Source: Spirochaetota bacterium (GTDB lineage: Bacteria; Spirochaetota; UBA4802; UBA5550). Taken from it: a stretch of DNA of 64,000 nucleotides. Position numbers and translations under genes: made by a program. The notes beneath the pieces were generated by a model. That model did no database searches. It was not told the DNA's origin and worked only from the letters and a program-made list of their open reading frames with translations. The stretch spans positions 3,680,001 to 3,744,000 of the forward strand of contig CAXXHB010000003.1 in the NCBI GenBank assembly GCA_963664815.2. Direction: 5' to 3'. The first letter of the stretch is position 1. The number at the start of each line of letters is the position of its first letter. Shown piece by piece: positions 59,852-64,000 of this stretch.

Positions 59852-61582
59852 TCAGAGCTTCCCGAATTTCCCTTCAAAGCCGGCTTTATAGATTTTTAAA
59901 CCCAGTTTATTCTGCTGTTCGATTATCTCCTGAAGAATTTCAGGGGTCGTGAGAGGATTGATAGTTATCGCCCTGAGAATAACACAGTCCTGATAAAAAT
60001 AAAGAGGACAATCAATCATAGTTCTGGATACAAAACTTTCATCCTCCTCCCTTATTGCTTTATGCAGTTCAGTGTTAAGTTCATTAAGTACAATATTAAT
60101 ATTCTCAATTTTACGGAGGTACTTAACCTTTACAAGATCATTTTTACGTTCACTGAGTTCTTCGTTTTCAATCTTAGCCATTAGCCTGTTCAGCTTTTCC
60201 TTAATTTTTTTAGGGATAAACCTGTAATTAAAAATAAAGAGTTCAGGCTGGTTCATTGCCTCAAAGTTGCAATGCATCTCCACAAGACCCCTTAAAACAG
60301 ATGTAAGTTTAAAGGCATTATCAAAAATAAGTTTGAAGCCGTCACGACCGAAAATTTTAATTGTTGCCCATGGTTTCAGTGAAGCAAAGGGACGGGATCC
60401 CTCAAGCGAATGGCGTCCCAGATCCATCGAATCCGGCCTTATAATATAATTGGAATAATGCTGTATAGCTTTGAGCTCTGTTCCATTCCTGAAGAAGACC
60501 ATCCCAAGTGAAGGGGGTGCATACAGAAGTTTATGCGCATCAACAGTAACAGAATCGGCGTTCTCAATTCCGGCAAAGAGATACCTGTATTCATCAGCAA
60601 GAAGAACCGAACCTCCCCATGCGGCATCTACATGAAAAAATATTTTATATTTTTTTGCTATTATCCCCATCTCATGGAGATTATCAATATTGCCGGTTTC
60701 AGTTGTACCGGCGATACCAACCATTGCTATAATTTTTGTTTTTGGTCCGCCACTCCTGTTTGTAGCTTCAATTTCTATAATTGTCTTTTCAAGCTTTATC
60801 AGATCTATTTTGTTTTTTGAATCCACCGGAATTTTTATTACATTCTGGTTCCCCAGACCAAGCGACCTTCCTACTTTTTCAATTGAATAGTGTCCTCTTC
60901 TTGATACGAGTATCACTGCTCTTTCATAACCATAATATTTGTATGCTTCAAACAATCCGGCTTCTCTTATACCGGGAAATTTTCCATCAGGCCCGAATGC
61001 CATATTCCGTGCAATCATCAAAGCTGTAAAATTGGCCATTGTCCCGTCCAGGGTAATATTCCCCAGTACAGTTTCCCTGTTCTGGATGTTGTCTTTATAA
61101 AATTTCGGAGAGCGGTTGAAAACTATACGATGCATCCATGAAAGAAATTGCTTTTCAAGAAAGGTTGATGCTTTAGCCGATTCTATCTTCACCTGGTTCT
61201 GGTTCAATGCCGCAATGATCATTTCAAGCAGTATAACAAAATAGGGAACTGCGCTGGTCATATGCCCTATATAATAAGGATTCGCAACTTTAACCGAATG
61301 AGATATCACATTATTTTTAACTTCATATAAAACGTTTTTTAAACGCTGCGGTGTTTCGGGAACATCAATTTTTGAAAATAATTTGGCCAGATCAGGGAGA
61401 AGAATTGAACTGTGGATTCCCCCTTTTTCTGTAAAAAAATTATGTATCATATCAAGAAGTTCATTGCCGAACTCATGAAATTTGTCTGCGGAATCAGGCA
61501 TTATAAAAAGCTTTCTGATCTGTTCCATATCTAACGGGATGTCATCTCTTCTTTTATTGTATTGTTTTACGTTTGAGTACAT
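59852..61582 (-). CDS. panP: Pyridoxal-dependent aspartate 1-decarboxylase (group II PLP decarboxylase)
   Basis: YIGHMTSA, LNQNQVKIE, AGTTETG, HVDAAWGG, DAHK and LEGSRP motifs. Confidence 0.85.
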   Translation of the reverse strand: MYSNVKQYNKRRDDIPLDMEQIRKLFIMPDSADKFHEFGNELLDMIHNFFTEKGGIHSSILLPDLAKLFSKIDVPETPQRLKNVLYEVKNNVISHSVKVANPYYIGHMTSAVPYFVILLEMIIAALNQNQVKIESAKASTFLEKQFLSWMHRIVFNRSPKFYKDNIQNRETVLGNITLDGTMANFTALMIARNMAFGPDGKFPGIREAGLFEAYKYYGYERAVILVSRRGHYSIEKVGRSLGLGNQNVIKIPVDSKNKIDLIKLEKTIIEIEATNRSGGPKTKIIAMVGIAGTTETGNIDNLHEMGIIAKKYKIFFHVDAAWGGSVLLADEYRYLFAGIENADSVTVDAHKLLYAPPSLGMVFFRNGTELKAIQHYSNYIIRPDSMDLGRHSLEGSRPFASLKPWATIKIFGRDGFKLIFDNAFKLTSVLRGLVEMHCNFEAMNQPELFIFNYRFIPKKIKEKLNRLMAKIENEELSERKNDLVKVKYLRKIENINIVLNELNTELHKAIREEDESFVSRTMIDCPLYFYQDCVILRAITINPLTTPEILQEIIEQQNKLGLKIYKAGFEGKFGKL

Positions 61583-62281
61583 ATTATATAATGCCTTAAA
61601 ATTTTTTGCCAGTTAATTAGTTAATTTTTATTTTACAAGATATTTTTATAAATTCAAACTTAAACAGGGGCAGGAATAATAAACTTATGTTTAAAAAATT
61701 ACTAAATGGCAGATTTTATATATAATTCTGTATTTTCCAGAGACCTATATTGATAAAACCTGAATTTGTTTAACTATAGTAATCGCCTGCTTTTCAATAA
61801 AAAATCTGAACTGTACTGATATTTTATGTAATGTGCTCCTTTATGGACGCGTTTTTTTTAATAATTACAAATACTCAATAAAAATTAAAAAATATATTCT
61901 TACTCATAACATTATATTCGCAGTATAATCTTACTAATCATAATTTTTACATTGATTTTTAATATGTAATGCAAAATAACAACCCAAATAACATACAAAA
62001 TGTAAGAATTTATGGCAAAAAACAGTATTTCTTTTTGACAAATCTCAATACTCTTTTAAATTATGACTACTTTTTTAATTTTTTAAAACCGGCTAAAATT
62101 GCAGAGCTGCAATAGCTCATATTAGTAATTCATTCGGTTAGATTTTCAGGTTATATTATAATTGATCCGGCTTTCGGCATATAACATACAACAACCATTC
62201 TGCCTTACAGAATTAGCACAGGCCAACTGTTGCGCCTGTTCTATAATATAGTGCAAAAAATATATTTTTACGGGGTAAAAG

Positions 62282-64000
62282 ATGAACGGAAAGAAAGGTG
62301 TAATTTACAATGATGTAAAAAAGAGTGTAGATGATTTTCTGGAGTATATGGGCAACCAGGACATCTCATTTGCCATGCCACTCGCACTGGGTAAACCAAG
62401 TTTGTTTATAAATGAACTTTACAACAGAGCAAAAAAAGACCATACAATTAAATTAAACATTATGACGGCGTTATCACTGGAACGTCCAAAACCTAAAAGC
62501 GATATGGAAAGAAGATTTCTGGAGCCTCTTCTGGACAGAGTATTTGCAGGTGCTCCGGTTTATGATTATATGACTGACTACAGTTCCAAGAATCTGCCGA
62601 AAAATGTACAGATTTTTGAATTCTACGCTAAAGCCGGCGGGGTAATGAATATACCTGAGGCCCAGAGAAATCACCTCCATTCAAACTATGCACATGTTGT
62701 GCGTGATGCCATCAGTTTTGGCGCCAATGTTTTAGGACAGCTTCTTTCAAGCCGTGAGATAGACGGTAAAATGGTATACTCCATGGGATGCAACACGGAT
62801 ATCGCCGTTCAGGGCATGGCAGAACTGCTCAAATTAAGAGAAAAGGGACAGAAGATTGCGCTGATAGGAGAGGTCAACAACAATCTCCCATTCATGTATG
62901 GGGACGCTATACGCGATTCAGATTCATATGACATGCTTCTTGTCGGACCACAATTTAATTATTCACTTTTCGGACCTCCAAAGGATTCCGTAAACCTCAG
63001 AGACCACGCAATAGGCCTTCATGTAAGCCCGCTCGTAAAAGACGGCGGGACTCTTCAAATCGGGATTGGCGCCCTTGGTGACGCTATATCTTCAAGCCTT
63101 AACATGAGGCAGAATCAGAATGAAGAGTATAATAAAGTGCTTAAAGAAACGGGCATTCTTGATAAATACAAAGGGATTATAGATAAACTCGGCGGAACAG
63201 GAAAGTTTGATCAGGGGCTTTACGGATCTTCAGAGATGTTTGTCGATGCTTTTTTACAACTATACAAGAGCGGGGTACTAAAACGTAAAGTATATGACAA
63301 CGTTGCAATTCAGAAGCTTATAAATGACGGAAAACTTGCAACAAATAAAATCCCATCCAACATCATAGAACTTATGATTGAAGAAGAGGGAATCTACCCC
63401 AGACTGCGACAAAAAGATTTCGATATGCTCACAAATTTCGGTATCCTGAAAAAAGGACTTACTTTCAAAGACGGATATATTTCAGACGGTAGCAAAAAAA
63501 TTTCTGCCGACTTCTACGATGAAAAGAATTTATCAGAAATAAAAGAATTTCTGGGGACTGAGTTGAAAAAAGGTCAGGTTATACTGGGCGCGTTTTTTCT
63601 GGGGCCACGCGCATTTTACAATTCACTCAACGAAATGAGCGAAGAGGAGAGGATGCAGTTTGGAATGTCCGGTGCCGAAAAGGTTAATCAGCTCTATGGA
63701 GATGAAAAGCTCCGCTCACTGCAGAGAAAAGACGGCCGCTTTATAAACACCGGAATGATGGCTCACGTTCTCGGAGCAATTACGTCGGATCAGCTGGAAA
63801 GCGGGCGGATTGTCAGCGGAGTCGGCGGACAGTATAACTTTGTTTCCATGGCCCATGCACTTCCGGACGCGCGATGTATTATGATGATAAAAAGCACAAG
63901 GGGTTCCGGTAAAAATGTCAAATCAAATATTGTATACAACTACGGACATACTACAATTCCAAGGCATCTCCGTGATATAGTTGTTACCGAATATGGTATC
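62282..64000 (+). CDS. Long acetyl-CoA hydrolase/CoA-transferase, paralogue of 1152..3326, truncated by the window end
   Basis: Manual translation MNGKKGVIYND...LALGKP...GGTLQIGIGALGD...SEMFVD...SGVGGQYNF...DIVVTEYGI; missing from the ORF track because it has no stop in the window. Confidence 0.9.
   Translation, partial: MNGKKGVIYNDVKKSVDDFLEYMGNQDISFAMPLALGKPSLFINELYNRAKKDHTIKLNIMTALSLERPKPKSDMERRFLEPLLDRVFAGAPVYDYMTDYSSKNLPKNVQIFEFYAKAGGVMNIPEAQRNHLHSNYAHVVRDAISFGANVLGQLLSSREIDGKMVYSMGCNTDIAVQGMAELLKLREKGQKIALIGEVNNNLPFMYGDAIRDSDSYDMLLVGPQFNYSLFGPPKDSVNLRDHAIGLHVSPLVKDGGTLQIGIGALGDAISSSLNMRQNQNEEYNKVLKETGILDKYKGIIDKLGGTGKFDQGLYGSSEMFVDAFLQLYKSGVLKRKVYDNVAIQKLINDGKLATNKIPSNIIELMIEEEGIYPRLRQKDFDMLTNFGILKKGLTFKDGYISDGSKKISADFYDEKNLSEIKEFLGTELKKGQVILGAFFLGPRAFYNSLNEMSEEERMQFGMSGAEKVNQLYGDEKLRSLQRKDGRFINTGMMAHVLGAITSDQLESGRIVSGVGGQYNFVSMAHALPDARCIMMIKSTRGSGKNVKSNIVYNYGHTTIPRHLRDIVVTEYGI

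Noticed and set aside
21848-61029. Numerous short antisense or overlapping ORFs in the track
   Set aside because: They are shadows of well-supported genes on the opposite strand or in another frame
1-64000. tRNA or rRNA genes
   Set aside because: No cloverleaf or rRNA-like conserved sequence was recognised by eye; tRNAscan-SE was not run

Overview
AT-rich bacterial chromosome segment, probably from an anaerobic spirochaete-like organism (inference only). It has two parts. (1) Positions ~1-21300 are an accessory hotspot. They hold an IS3 end, a CoA-transferase gene, small pseudogenes and, from ~6300 to 19400, an integron-like gene-cassette array with no integron integrase (IntI) in the window. 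Each cargo unit lies between GTT...AAC core sites extended into 17-22 bp unit-specific inverted repeats and is separated from the next by attC-like hairpins. The cargo is a Phd/RelE TA pair (two copies), a PD-(D/E)xK-like protein, a 2TM-GAF gene pair and a Schlafen/AlbA-HATPase protein. One unit with the same architecture encodes a non-IntI tyrosine recombinase plus an IS91-family HUH (Y2) transposase. Remnants of two different IS91-like 3' ends each abut their own attC-like hairpin. The array also contains an IS110 inserted in a REP with a readable bridge-RNA-like noncoding end, two group II intron 3' remnants and IS66/IS3 scars. Upstream is a small basic protein with 75-bp and 11-bp-period repeats. 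(2) Positions ~21600-64000 are core-type genes: ABC-F, kup, a flavin oxidoreductase, a degenerate RtcA-like gene, serS, a sigma54 two-component system, a large acyl-CoA/4-hydroxybutyrate-type catabolic cluster with TetR-type operators and a perfect 62-bp palindrome, a RecQ-like helicase, hcp, lptE, leuA with a leucine attenuator, panP and a truncated second CoA-transferase. All calls come from motif recognition by eye; no searches were run.
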